Below, piece by piece: positions 1 to 10,951 of a stretch of DNA of 20,000 nucleotides. The notes under the pieces are model-generated. The model saw only the letters and a list, made by a program, of their open reading frames with translations, did no database searches and was not told the DNA's origin. This stretch comes from Welwitschia mirabilis. Taxonomy: Eukaryota. Every line of letters begins with the position of its first letter. Positions within the stretch are counted from its first letter, which is position 1. The stretch is taken from contig JBOZIK010000001.1 of NCBI GenBank assembly GCA_051453625.1, positions 19,803,639 through 19,823,638 on the forward strand. Reading direction: 5' to 3'. Both the position numbers and the translations under genes were made by a program.

Positions 1-1175
1 TCCTATCCAATCTACATCACAATATCCTACTAGATCAAGAGAGGAGTCCTTTGAGAACTAAATACCCCAATTACTAGTATTCTTTAAGTAATAAAAAAAT
101 TCTTTTGACAGCTATGAGCTGTGATTTCCTAGGATCACTTTGATAATGTGCATAAATTCATACACTTAATATAACATCAAGTAAACTAGTTGTAAGATAT
201 AATAGTCTACTAATCATACCTCTATATAGCTTTTGATCCACCTTCTTATCATTTTCATCTTTGTTTAGTTTGTTGTTTTGATTCATGAAAGTGTCTTTTC
301 ATTTGTAATCCTATAAATCATATTTGAATAGAAAATTTTTAATATATTTAACCTATGAAATAAATGTACCTTACTTATGTTACACAACTTAAAGTCTTAA
401 GAAGTTACTCATTTCTCTTATAAGACTCATTTCAAACTCATCCTACATAATATTAGTAAATTTTTTGTATAAGGATTCACTAGTAGCACTAAAAATAACA
501 TCATCTATATAAATTTAAACAATAATAAAATCTTTACCATATTTTCTAATGAATAATGCCACATTTAAATAACCTATTTTACAATCATGTTTAATTAATT
601 GACCAGAGAGCTTTTCATATCAAGCACTTGGAGATTGTTTAAAACCATAGAGAGCTTTATGTAATTTGAAGATGTTATCAAATTTTGAGAGTTAATGAAC
701 CCATTTGGTTGTTTAATATATACTTGTTCTTAAATATTTTCATTTATAAAATCACTTTTGACATCTATTTGATAAAATTTGAACCTTTTCATACAAGCAA
801 AAGAAAGAAGCATTCTTATTGATTTCATATGAGCCAGAAGAGCAAAGGTTTCTTTAAATTTAATTCCTTCTTAGTGATTATAACCTTTTGTCATTAATCT
901 TGCTTTATTTCTAATAACACTATCATGTTCATCTATTTTGTTTTTGAAAACCCACTTCGTGCCAATGACTAGTTACTAGAAGGTCTTGAAGTAAGTTTCT
1001 AAACATTACATCTTTCAAATTAATAAAGCTCTTATTGCATAGAAACCATCCAATGTTTGTCAATTTTAACTTCTTTAAAAGTTTTAGGTTCCCATTGAGA
1101 GATATAAGTTGCATAACCATAAAATTCTCTAGTATTACTTCTAGTTTGAATGCCTCCATAAGGACTTCTTATAAT
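1..1175 (-). pseudogene. Ty1/copia reverse transcriptase (plus INT-RT linker), degenerate; runs off the left window edge at the RT/RNase H boundary
   Basis: Minus-strand translation near 482-520 gives V*IYIDDVIFSAT (copia VQIYVDDIIFGST). Also VMFRNL..RPSSN*SLA..WVFKNKID..NKARLMTKGY, QIDVKSDF, ALYGFKQSPSA*YEKL and EFEMSLIREMSNFL. Many stops and frameshifts. Collinear with 7340-8507. Confidence 0.93.
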
Positions 1176-2383
1176 ATTGCTTGTGGAGTAACTCTTCTTT
1201 AGTAGCCTTATTATGCTGATGAATTTTCCTTTTCTAATTCTTCTTATTTTTCTTCCTCACTATTAAATTGAACTTGAGATTGTCTAGAGGGTTTTACAAT
1301 TTGCATAGAGTATAATAATCTTATACATTTATAGGATTTGATTTAATATCATTTATTTTGGCATTTATCATTTTCTCAACTACATGAATCCTATTATTAT
1401 ACACCCTGTAAGCTTTACTAACCATAGAATATTCTACAAATATTTCTTCATCAACTTTTAAATCAAATTTTCTTAAATGGTTTCTTTCATTTAAAATAAA
1501 AACTTTTAAATCAAATATATAAAAGTAACTAACAAAAGGTTTTTGTCTTAACCATAACTTATAAGAAGTTCTATAAATGAATATTTTTACTAGAACTCTA
1601 TTGGAAACATAACAAGCTATATTGCTTATTTTTGTCCAAAAATGATATGGTACATTTTTGTCATACATCATTATCCTTATCATATCATTAATAACTTTAT
1701 TCTTTATTTCAAATAATCCATTTTTTTGGGGATTTGTTGGAGTAAGAAACTAGAATAGAATGTTAAATTGTTCATAGAATTTTATGAACTTTGCATTTTT
1801 TAATTTGGTGCCATTATCACTTCCTATCATTTTGATCCTATATCCCTTTTGATTTTGCAACCTGATGCACAAATTAGAAAAAGAATTAGAAGACTCATCC
1901 TTATGTGAAAAGAAAGCTACCCATGTAAAATGAGAAAAATCATCTATAATTATTAAATAATAACTTTTCTTATTTACGCTTTTTTTAGATGAATGACTAA
2001 TAATGTCTAAATGTAAGAGATGTAATGGATGTTTAGTAGAGATAATATTTTTCTTATCAAATTTTAGCTTTGTCTACTTTCCTTTTTGATAAGCTTCATA
2101 GATTTGATTATTAATGTTTTTAAATTTGGAAATTTCTCTTATCAATTCCTTTATAGCCAAGATTTTAAGAAGATCTTTCTTCATCTGATCAAGCTTTGTG
2201 CCATAGCTCTACTTCATCTATTTTACTATGAAACACTTGGTTCCAACATTAGATATATCTTACAAGATGGTAATGTAAATGTTTGATTTTATTACTTTAG
2301 AAAATAAGATTTTGATAGTATTTATTCTTTTATAACATAATATTTTTTTGTAAATGTAACAAAAACATTTTCATCATAGAGTT
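1176..2383 (-). pseudogene. Ty1/copia integrase (rve core, SH3-like C-terminus, GAG-pre-integrase), degenerate; copy A
   Basis: ORF 1321-1683 reads FWTKISNIACYVSNRV..TSYKLW..KPFVSYFYIF..HLRKFDLKVDEEIFVEYSMVSKAYRVYN. IKMIGSDNGTKLKN near 1797-1838, IDDFSHFTWVAF near 1913-1948, LWHKA near 2194-2208. Confidence 0.92.
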
Positions 2384-2483
2384 NNNNNNNNNNNNNNNNN
2401 NNNNNNNNNNNNNNNNNNNNNNNNNNNNNNNNNNNNNNNNNNNNNNNNNNNNNNNNNNNNNNNNNNNNNNNNNNNNNNNNNNN
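2384..2483. other. Assembly gap (100 N, nominal size)
   Basis: Run of N. Confidence 0.99.
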
Positions 2484-4555
2484 TCTTTAAAAGTTTTAGG
2501 TTCCCATTGAGAGATATAAGTTGCATAACCATAAAATTCTCTAGTATGACTTCTAGTTTGAATGCCTCCATAAGGACTTCTTATAATGTTGCTAATAGAG
2601 TAACATTTTTTTCAGTTTGATCATGGTTGATGGAATTTCCTTTTTTGTTTTTTCTTCTTTTTCTTCCTCATTGTCAAATTTAATTTAAGAATGTTTAAAG
2701 GATTAAAAAATTTACATAAGAACATAATCATCTTCCACATTCACAGGAGTTAACTTAGTATCATTTATTTTAACATTTATAATTTCCTCAACTAGTGACA
2801 TCTATTATTGTATACTTTATAAGCCTTACTAATCAAAAGATATCCTTGAAAAATTCCTTTATCAACTTTTAAATTAAACTTCCTCAAATTGTTATTTTCA
2901 TTTAAAATAAATAATTTTGATCTAAAGATATGAAAGTAATTAATAAAAGGTTTTCTACCTAATCATAACTCACATGAAATATTAGAAGTGAATCTTCTTA
3001 TCAAAACTCTATTGGAAACGATGCACTCAATATTAATACTTATGTCCAAAAAGGATATGATATCTTTTTGTCATGCATCATTGTCCTAGCTACTTCATTG
3101 ATAACTCTATTCTTTTTTTTGGCCACTCCATTTTGTTGAGGTATTTCTGGAATAAATAATTGATGAAAAATTCCAAGTTATTTATACAATCCTCTAAACT
3201 TTACATTTTTGAATTTGATACCATTATCACTTCTTATCATTTTGATTTTGTATCCCTTTGAGTCTTGTAACCTAATGCACAACTTAAAAAAGGCATTAAA
3301 AGCTTCATCCTTGTGAACAAGGAAGGCTACCCATGTGAAATAAGAAAAATCATCTAAAATTATCAAATAATATGTTTTCTTACCTAAGATTTCTATATAT
3401 GAAGGATCAACAATGTCTAAATTTAAGAAATCTAATGGAAGTTCAGTAGAGATAATATTTTTCTTACAAAAGTCTATCTTATCTACTTTATTTTTTGATA
3501 AGCTTTATAAATCTAATTATTAATGCTTTTAAACTTTGAAAGTTATCTTACTATTTCCTTTATAGACTAGATTTTGAAAAGATCTTTATGCACCTAAGCA
3601 AGCTTCTTATGCCATATTTCTACTTCATCTATTTTGCTAAGAAAACACTTGGTTTCACTGTTAGATATATCTTGTAAGGTGGTGATATAAACATTTGATT
3701 TATTCACACTATTAAAATAAGGCTTTGACAATATTTTGTTCTCTTATAATATAATCATTTTCTTAAACAAACAAAAAAATTTACATTACAATGTTGACGT
3801 ACACTTAAAATATTATGTTACAAGCCTTTTATAAATAATACATCTTTTACCTCTAGTAAATTAACTCCTTTAATGGTACTAATGCCTTTGATTGGTGCTT
3901 CTTTGTTGTCTCCAAATGTTACGACTCCTTTATCTTATTCCACTAAGGTGATGAAGCTAGATTTATCTATAGTCATGTATCTAGAGCATCCACTGTTAAC
4001 ATACAATATGTGCTTCTTAATTATTCTGAGTGCTATTTAAGCTATAATAGCTAGCTTTAATGTTTTTATTAAAAATTTTCTTTGTTTTTCCTATAAGACA
4101 TTATACCAATCTACTGGTCCTTTTGGCATTGTTAGTATAAGAACTAGGTTTTCTGAAGATAAGTAATTGTTTAAATTCTTTTCTTGTTTATAAGATTCTT
4201 CATGAGTATAGAGTAAATTTTTCATCTTAATACATATCCTTTTTAGTCTAATAAACTCTTTTGAAATTAGTTCATACCTTTCTTAAATATCCAAATTTGT
4301 GTCATCTTTACTATCTAATTCATCTTCTTCTCTTATCTCATCTTTTTCTTCTTAAGAAAGTGTAATGGCCATGAGAGTAGGATAAGTTTCTTCATTTGAT
4401 ATTTTTATCCCTATTTTAGTCTTTGCATGTTCTTCATCTTTATTTCTCTAAATATGAAACTCATAATATATTAAAAACATCTATATCCTCATCTTCTAAT
4501 AGGCGTAGTTTATCCATTTAAAGAGAAAAGATTTAACAAATGGCATTTCTTTCAT
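2484..4555 (-). pseudogene. Copia gag(truncated)-protease-integrase pseudogene, element B
   Basis: Candidate ATG at 4555 followed by a DUF4219-like N-terminus. Protease LYVNSGCSRYMT near 3970-4006 (canonical WYLDSGCSRHMT), then GVVTFGDNK. ORF 3178-3366 gives IILDDFSYFTWVAFL..IRSDNGIKF, and PQQNGVA lies near 3121-3142. Confidence 0.92.
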
Positions 4556-4593
4556 TGTTCACTCAATAAAATTACTCCTTTTTATGAGTACCC

Positions 4594-4605
4594 ATTTTGA
4601 TACCA
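4594..4605 (-). promoter_or_regulatory. Primer-binding site (tRNA-iMet type), element B
   Basis: Minus strand TGGTATCAAAAT versus consensus TGGTATCAGAGC, 2 nt from the LTR1 end and just upstream of gag. Confidence 0.8.
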
Positions 4606-4786
4606 CTTCAAAATCATTAAACTCAAATGGAAGGGGTGAATGAGTTCCACCAAATAAAAATTAAACTAATAACAAAATAATAATCCATAATAAAAGCACC
4701 TTACCAAATAATGTGATTCCCCAACCTGGGTATGTCCACTCATAGAGGGTAGCTTATACTCTCACCTCTAGATATTCTTAACCTAC

Positions 4787-4990
4787 AAGAAAATAGTGCT
4801 TTTCTAGCACATTACTAATATAATAACAAATGAGAATATTCTTATAAGATAACACTATCTTCCCCTTAAGGGAATAGTGATCTTCATAGGCGCATCACAA
4901 ATATTTACAATAGTGAAATTCTCCTCACAATAAAGTACTCTCTTTCTCATAAGGGAATAATGGTTTTATGACTTACTAATAACCTTACAC
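4787..4990. repeat. Degenerate ~81-85 bp tandem units within the LTR (also 11130-11330 in LTR2)
   Basis: AAG(G/A)(G/A)AATA(G/A)TG cores at 4787, 4868 and 4951, with equivalents at ~11130, 11211 and 11296. Confidence 0.7.
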
Positions 4991-5817
4991 TAAAAAAGTT
5001 CCTAAAAGCACAATCTCAAATGCACACCCCTACAAAGATTACCTTATAAAGCATTTGATATTCAAGAATGGACTTATCACAATGGACTTATAACAATATT
5101 TAATAATAAGATAGCCCACGATGTAAAATCAAAAGTACAATATAACAACAAGCCTAAAGGATATTTCTTTGATAAATATTTGAGCTCCTTGGTGTAATTG
5201 TTATATTCATGAGTATGAATGAAGATAATAGCAATGTAGATCCAAGATCAAATGATAAATAAAAGCTCTTTGCAAATGATGCCTTTGCTTCTTCATGAGA
5301 AGCTCCTTACACTAATGTGTTCTTTGTTCTTGATTTGATCATTATGTGATAAGATTCAAAAGCTGAGTCTTTGTTGTTATTCCAAGAATTCCTTTTTATT
5401 TTGTGACATTGAGTCTTTATACTAGCAAAAAATATCTAGTCATTTGAGCTTGAAAGATAGAATTTAATTTTGTAATCATCATGAAATGGATACAAAATAT
5501 CTAGGCATTAGGTGCATAACTTTGGTTTTTATTGATTTAAACTTTAATTTAAGAAGTCTTTACTTTTGTAGATGTTTATTAACAGTTAGATGTCTTTACC
5601 TTGGTAGATGTATTCAATTAACTTATCTAATTTTAATGAATTTTACTCTATAGTATGCTCAGACCTTCTTAATCACAAATCCATGATGTACAAGTTCATA
5701 GCTCAACTAAAATACAATATGTTCAAATATCAAATTGACTTTATTACCTATTTTAGCTTAGTATAGATATCTTCAAATATAAATGGATTCATCTATGTTA
5801 GGTTAAACTTTTAGCTC

Positions 5818-5883
5818 AGTCTTCTTAAATACGATAGTCATCTTTTACTTAGTCTTCGTAAATATGATAGTCATCTTTAACCT
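5818..5883. repeat. 33-bp tandem duplication present in LTR1 only
   Basis: agtcttcttaaatacgatagtcatcttttactt / agtcttcgtaaatatgatagtcatctttaacct; only one copy near 12145-12178 in LTR2. Confidence 0.85.
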
Positions 5884-6137
5884 ATGACTTGAGTTCTAGC
5901 ATATTAGAGGCGTATTCAATTTACTAGATGTCTTCATTCGATATGTCTCCAATTTTTCATATGTCTCCAAAAAATTGATTCTATATTTGACTAATTGATC
6001 ATTTTCATGAAATGTTATCTTTTGAAATACATCATGGTTTAAGGCCTATCAATGTTTGATGCTTTTGGCATTAACTTGTTTACACATTAACATAAAATAT
6101 TTGACAAGTGAAATCATCAAAACTAGATTTACCAACA

Positions 6138-6151
6138 ATCTCTCCATTTTT
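6138..6151 (-). promoter_or_regulatory. Polypurine tract of element C
   Basis: Minus strand ATCATCAAAAATGGAGAGAT|TGTTGG matches the SIRE-type ..CAAAAAGGGGGAGAT|TGT junction. Confidence 0.85.
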
Positions 6152-6492
6152 GATGATCTCCAAGACTTGGCAAGTCTCATTAGAACAATCTCATCTAATC
6201 AATTAAAATCAAACATTTATACTCTTATTAAATGCACTTAATCACTGTGTCTAATGATATTGGAAAATCATGATGTAATCCACTTGAAATTATATAAAAA
6301 TACATAGTTATATGTCACTTGAAAAAAATATATTAATACATGTTAGAGACCTATTTAATCAATTTATCTAATAAGAATCAAAGCATGTCAAAAATAAAAT
6401 TGAATTAGCAATATATTCATGAAAAATAGAGTATTAAACATTGTAGAAATGTGACCTACTGAATATGATTGATAGTATGAATTTGCTAAAAC

Positions 6493-6506
6493 TTCTTCCC
6501 CTTTTC
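6493..6506 (-). promoter_or_regulatory. Upstream second PPT-like tract (Sirevirus multiple-PPT signature)
   Basis: Minus strand GAAAAGGGGAAGAA, ~350 bp upstream of the terminal PPT. Confidence 0.6.
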
Positions 6507-6898
6507 AGATAACAGAGAAAATGAAATATAGATTTAAGAATCTGATGCACCCCCTACACATGTGCCTCCCAGAGAGTCTAGCACGATCCCTAAGTTTGTG
6601 CCTTTATATGTATTAGCTAATGTCTTTCTAACCATTTTCCAATACTAGTATAGAAAAAGATGTCTATAATTCCTTAATAAAACTATCTTAAAGATGTCTA
6701 CAAACATGCATACATCTGTAATGAAAGTTCTATATTTTTTGAAAAGATCTATAACTACTATAAGCAAAATAATGCTATTTCGAAAAAAGATAAATATCAC
6801 ACACATAATTTAACTTTACTAACTACACCTAATTGCAATCTCCACTTATAAGATAAATACAATGTGGAGTTAAGAATTTAAGCATACTACCTATTTAC

Positions 6899-9800
6899 TT
6901 ACCTAATTGGGTAAGGCCCAATTCCCAAGTTCCTACATAATTTTACATATCTTTTAGTACTTAGATATTTTGTAAATGCATCTACAAGTGAATCATATAT
7001 ACTGATCTATTGCATTATACTATCTCTACTCTAAATATGTTCTCTAAGAAAGTGATATTAGATCTTAGTATGCTTAGTTCTTAAGTGTTGTATAAAATTT
7101 TTGGATATATTAATGGTAACATTGTTATTATAATAAATAGGAATGCTATCCATATAGAGATCAAAATCTTTCAACATCTATTTCATCCATAGAAATTATG
7201 CCCAGGAACTTCCAACAGTAATATACTCAACTCAACTATTAATAGAATGGTTGAGTTTTATTTTTTACTACTCCAAGAAATTAGGTGTTATCCAAGCAAA
7301 AAGTATGTTCCACTTGTAATTATTCTCTCATATTTGCATCCTATCCAATCTATATCAAAATACTATACTAGATCAAGGGATGAGTCCTTTGAGTACCAAA
7401 GATTCCAATTAATAGTACCCTTTAAGTCGTAAAAAATTCTTTTAATAGCTATGAGGTGTGATTCACTAAGATCACTTTGATTATACACATAAATTATATA
7501 CTTTACATAATGTCATGTCGACTAGTTATAAGATATAATAGACTACTAATCTTACCTCTATATAGCTTTTGATCCACATTCTTACCATGTTCATCTTTGT
7601 CTAGTTTGGTGTTTTGATCCATGAGATTGTCTTTTCCTTGGTAATCTTATAAATCATATTTAACTAGGAAAATTTTGATATATTTAGGTATGAAATAAAT
7701 GCATCTTCCTTATGTTGCATAATTCAAAGTCCCAGGAAGTTGCTTATTTTTTTCATAAGACTCATTTCAATTCATCCTGCATAATCTTAGCAAATTTCTT
7801 TCACAAGGATTTATCAGTACTAAAATTTTTATCATATATATAAATTTAAATAATAATAAAATCTTTACAATCTTTTATAATGAGTAATGTGATATCTGAA
7901 GTATATACTTGAAAATCATTTTCAATTAAATGATAAAGATTTTTTTCATATCAAGCTATTAGGACTTCTTTAAGATAACAAAAAGCCTTCTTTAATTTAT
8001 AGTTATGATCAAATTTTTGAGATTTAGTGAATCCATCTGGTTGTTTAACATATACTTATTCTTAAAGATTTTCATTGATAAAAACACTTTTGACATCCAT
8101 TTTATAAAGTTTGAATCCTTTCTTATAAGTAAAGGCTAAAAGAATTCTTATTGATTTCATACATGCCACAGAAGGAAAGGTCTCTTCAAAGTCAATTTCT
8201 TATTGTTGCTTGTAACCTTTTACCACTAATATTACCTTGTTTCTAATAACACTATCATATTTATCTATTTTTTCCCTAAAACCTCACTTAGTGCTAATGA
8301 CTAATCTATTAGAAGGTCTTGGAGTAAGTTCTTAAATATTACACCTTTCAAACTAATTAAGCTCTTCTTGCATATCAAACATTCAATGTTCATATTTTTA
8401 GCTTCTTTGAAAGTTTTAGGTTTAACTTGAGAGGTATAAGCTATATAACAATAACATTCTTGAGTATGACTTCCAGTTTAAATGTTTGCATAAGGAATTT
8501 CTATAATGTTGCTAATAAAGTAACTCATTTTTAGTCTAATCATGGTTGATGGATTTTCCTTTTCTATTTCTTCTTCCTTTTTCCCTCACAGTCAGATTAA
8601 ATTTAAGGATGTCTATAAGATTAAATAATTTGAACAAGAATATAATCATCTTTCTCATCTATATAATCTGACTCAATATCATTGATTTTAACATTTATAG
8701 ATTTCTCAACTAGATGGGTTTTATTATTTTACACCTGTAAGCCTTAATAACCATAGAATACCCTAGAAAAATTCCTTCATCAACTTTTGAATCAAACTTC
8801 CTCAAATTATCCTTTTCATTTAAAATAAATAATTTTGATCCAAATGAATAAAAGTAATTAATAAAAGCTTTTCTACCTGGTCATAACTTATATGAAGTCT
8901 TAGAAGTGAAATTACTTACTAGAACTCTTTTGGAAACATAGACTACTGTATTGATTACTTTTACCCAAAAATGATATGGTACCTTTTTATCATGCATCAT
9001 TGTCTTGGCCATTTCATTAAGAACTCTATTATTTCTTTCAACTAATCCATTTTGTTGGGGTGTTTTTAAAGTAGAGAATTAATGTAGAATATCAAGTTGT
9101 TCATAGAATTCCCTAAATTATGAATTTTTAAATTTAGTGCTATTATCACTTTTATAATTTTGATCTCATATCCATTTTGGTTTTGTAACTTGATGCACAA
9201 CCTAGAAAAGGCATTAAAAGCCTCATCCTTATGAAAAATGAAGAATATCCATGTTGAAATGAGAAAAATCATTTATAATTATTAAATAATAACTATTTTC
9301 ACTTAAGCATTTTATAGATGAAGAAAGAATAATGTCTAAATGTAAGAGATCTAATGCGCATTTAGTAGAGATAATATTTTTCTTACTAAATTTTACCTTT
9401 ATCTACTTTCCTTTTTAACAAGCTTCATAGATCTAATTAAGAATGCTTTTAAACTTAGAAAGTTATCTTACCATTTTTGTTATGGACAAGATTTTGAGAA
9501 GATCTTTATTTACATAATCAAACTACCTATGCCATAGCTATTCTTCATCTATTTGGCTAAAAAACACTTGGTTTGATTATTAGATATATCTTGTAAGGTG
9601 ATGATATAAAAATTTGATATTCTTACACCAACAAATAAGAATTTAACAATATTTTATTCTCTTATAGTACAATCATTTTTTATAAACATAATAAAAAAAT
9701 TTACATTAGAGAGCTGACTTCTACATAAATATTATGTTGTAAACCTTTTGTAAAGAATACGTCTTTTACCTCTAGTAAATTATCTTCTTTAATGGTATTA

Positions 9801-10899
9801 ATGCCTTTAATTAGTGATTCTATGTTGTCTCTAATCGTTATAATCCTTTATCTTATTCCACNNNNNNNNNNNNNNNNNNNNNNNNNNNNNNNNNNNNNNN
9901 NNNNNNNNNNNNNNNNNNNNNNNNNNNNNNNNNNNNNNNNNNNNNNNNNNNNNNNNNNNNNTATTCCACCAAGGTGATGAAGCTAGATTGGTATTTAGTC
10001 ATGTGTCGAAAGCATCCATTATTAATATATCATGCATGCTTCTTCACTTCTCTAAGTGCTATTTGAGCTAAAAGAGCTAGTTTTGATTTTGGTACCAAAA
10101 TTTTTCTTGACTTGTCCTATATAAAACATTGTACCAATCTACTTAGCCTTTTGGCATTATCAGTATAACACCTAATTTTAATTTTTGTTAGACATTTGTA
10201 CTAATAATGACCTCTATTATAACAATAATAATAGATAATATTATTTCTATATACAAGGTGTTGGTACCTAAGCTAATAGTTTCATTTGTTAAGTAAGAAG
10301 GTTGATGTGCTTATTATAGCTTCATTATGTCCCAAGCTACTTTTGTCATTTGATTGTTTACATTGCCCAATCATAATATTCAATGTCTTCTTTCCTTGGG
10401 TGAATTTTTCATTGATCTTCTTTGAATCAGATAGTTTCTGTCTTATAAACTTTAATTCAATGTTAGTTTATAACCTCAATTGTAAGAGCTAAGTTTTTTA
10501 AAGATAATTTATTGCTAATACTCGTCTCTTGATAATAGTCTTCTTCATGAGTATAAAGTAACTTTTTTACCTTAATACAGTATTTTATAGTTTAATAAAC
10601 TTTTTAGAAATTATTTCATACCTTTCTTAAACATCCAAACCTATGTCGTCTTTACTATCTGATTTATCTTCTTTTCTTATCTCATAATTTTCTTCTTTAG
10701 AAAGTGCAATGGTTATGAGAGTGGGATAAGTTTCTTCATATGACATTTTTATCCCTACTATAGTCTCTATGTATCCTTCATCTTTATTTTTTCAAATCTA
10801 AAACTCATAAGATTGTGAGAGCATCTATATCCTCGTCTTTCAATTGGTGCATTTTATCCATTTGAAGAGTGGAGGTCTAACTGATGGCACTTCTTCCAT
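6899..10899 (-). pseudogene. gag-pol pseudogene of element C (DUF4219-like start, second Zn knuckle, PR, INT, RT, RNase H)
   Basis: MEEVPSVRPPLF at 10899; NEKFTQGKKTLNIMIGQCKQSNDKSSLGHN at ~10325-10413; YYCYNRGHY*YKC at ~10192-10231; KILVPK at ~10088-10105; YINNGCFRHMT at ~9996-10029; TPQQNGLVERNNRVL at ~9020-9063; RT at 7400-8400; RNase H DWIGC..SGT..LISWSSKK and RTKHTKI*YHFLREH, ending LCRNLGIGPYPIR* at 6899. Confidence 0.93.
9862..9961. other. Assembly gap (100 N); flanks overlap by 8 bp, so the true gap is probably zero
   Basis: The left flank ends tattccac and the right flank starts tattccac; copy B is continuous here (3932-3960). Confidence 0.9.
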
Positions 10900-10937
10900 T
10901 ATTTACTTAATAAAGTTACTTCTTTTCATGAGTATCC

Positions 10938-10949
10938 ACTCTGATATCA
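10938..10949 (-). promoter_or_regulatory. Primer-binding site (tRNA-iMet type), element C
   Basis: Minus strand TGATATCAGAGT versus TGGTATCAGAGC, 2 nt after the LTR's terminal CA. Confidence 0.8.
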
Positions 10950-10951
10950 CT

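Larger units (their letters stand above)
4608..6137 (-). repeat. LTR1 (~1530 bp): 5' LTR of element B and 3' LTR of element C
   Basis: Collinear over its whole length with 10952-12432 (roughly 75-80% by eye). Ends ..ACCAACA at 6137. PBS lies to the left and PPT to the right. GGAAGGGGTGAAT at 4629-4641 resembles the conserved Sirevirus LTR-end motif AGAGGGGGGTGAATA. Confidence 0.9.

Noticed and set aside
929-1159. ORF MEAFKLEV.. repeated at 2374-2571 as a small duplicated gene
   Set aside because: It is a largely off-frame reading of the INT-RT linker and RT start, repeated because of the 104-bp duplication.
4787-4990. CRISPR-like spaced repeats
   Set aside because: Whole units are degenerate tandem copies within a plant LTR; there are no unique spacers or cas genes.
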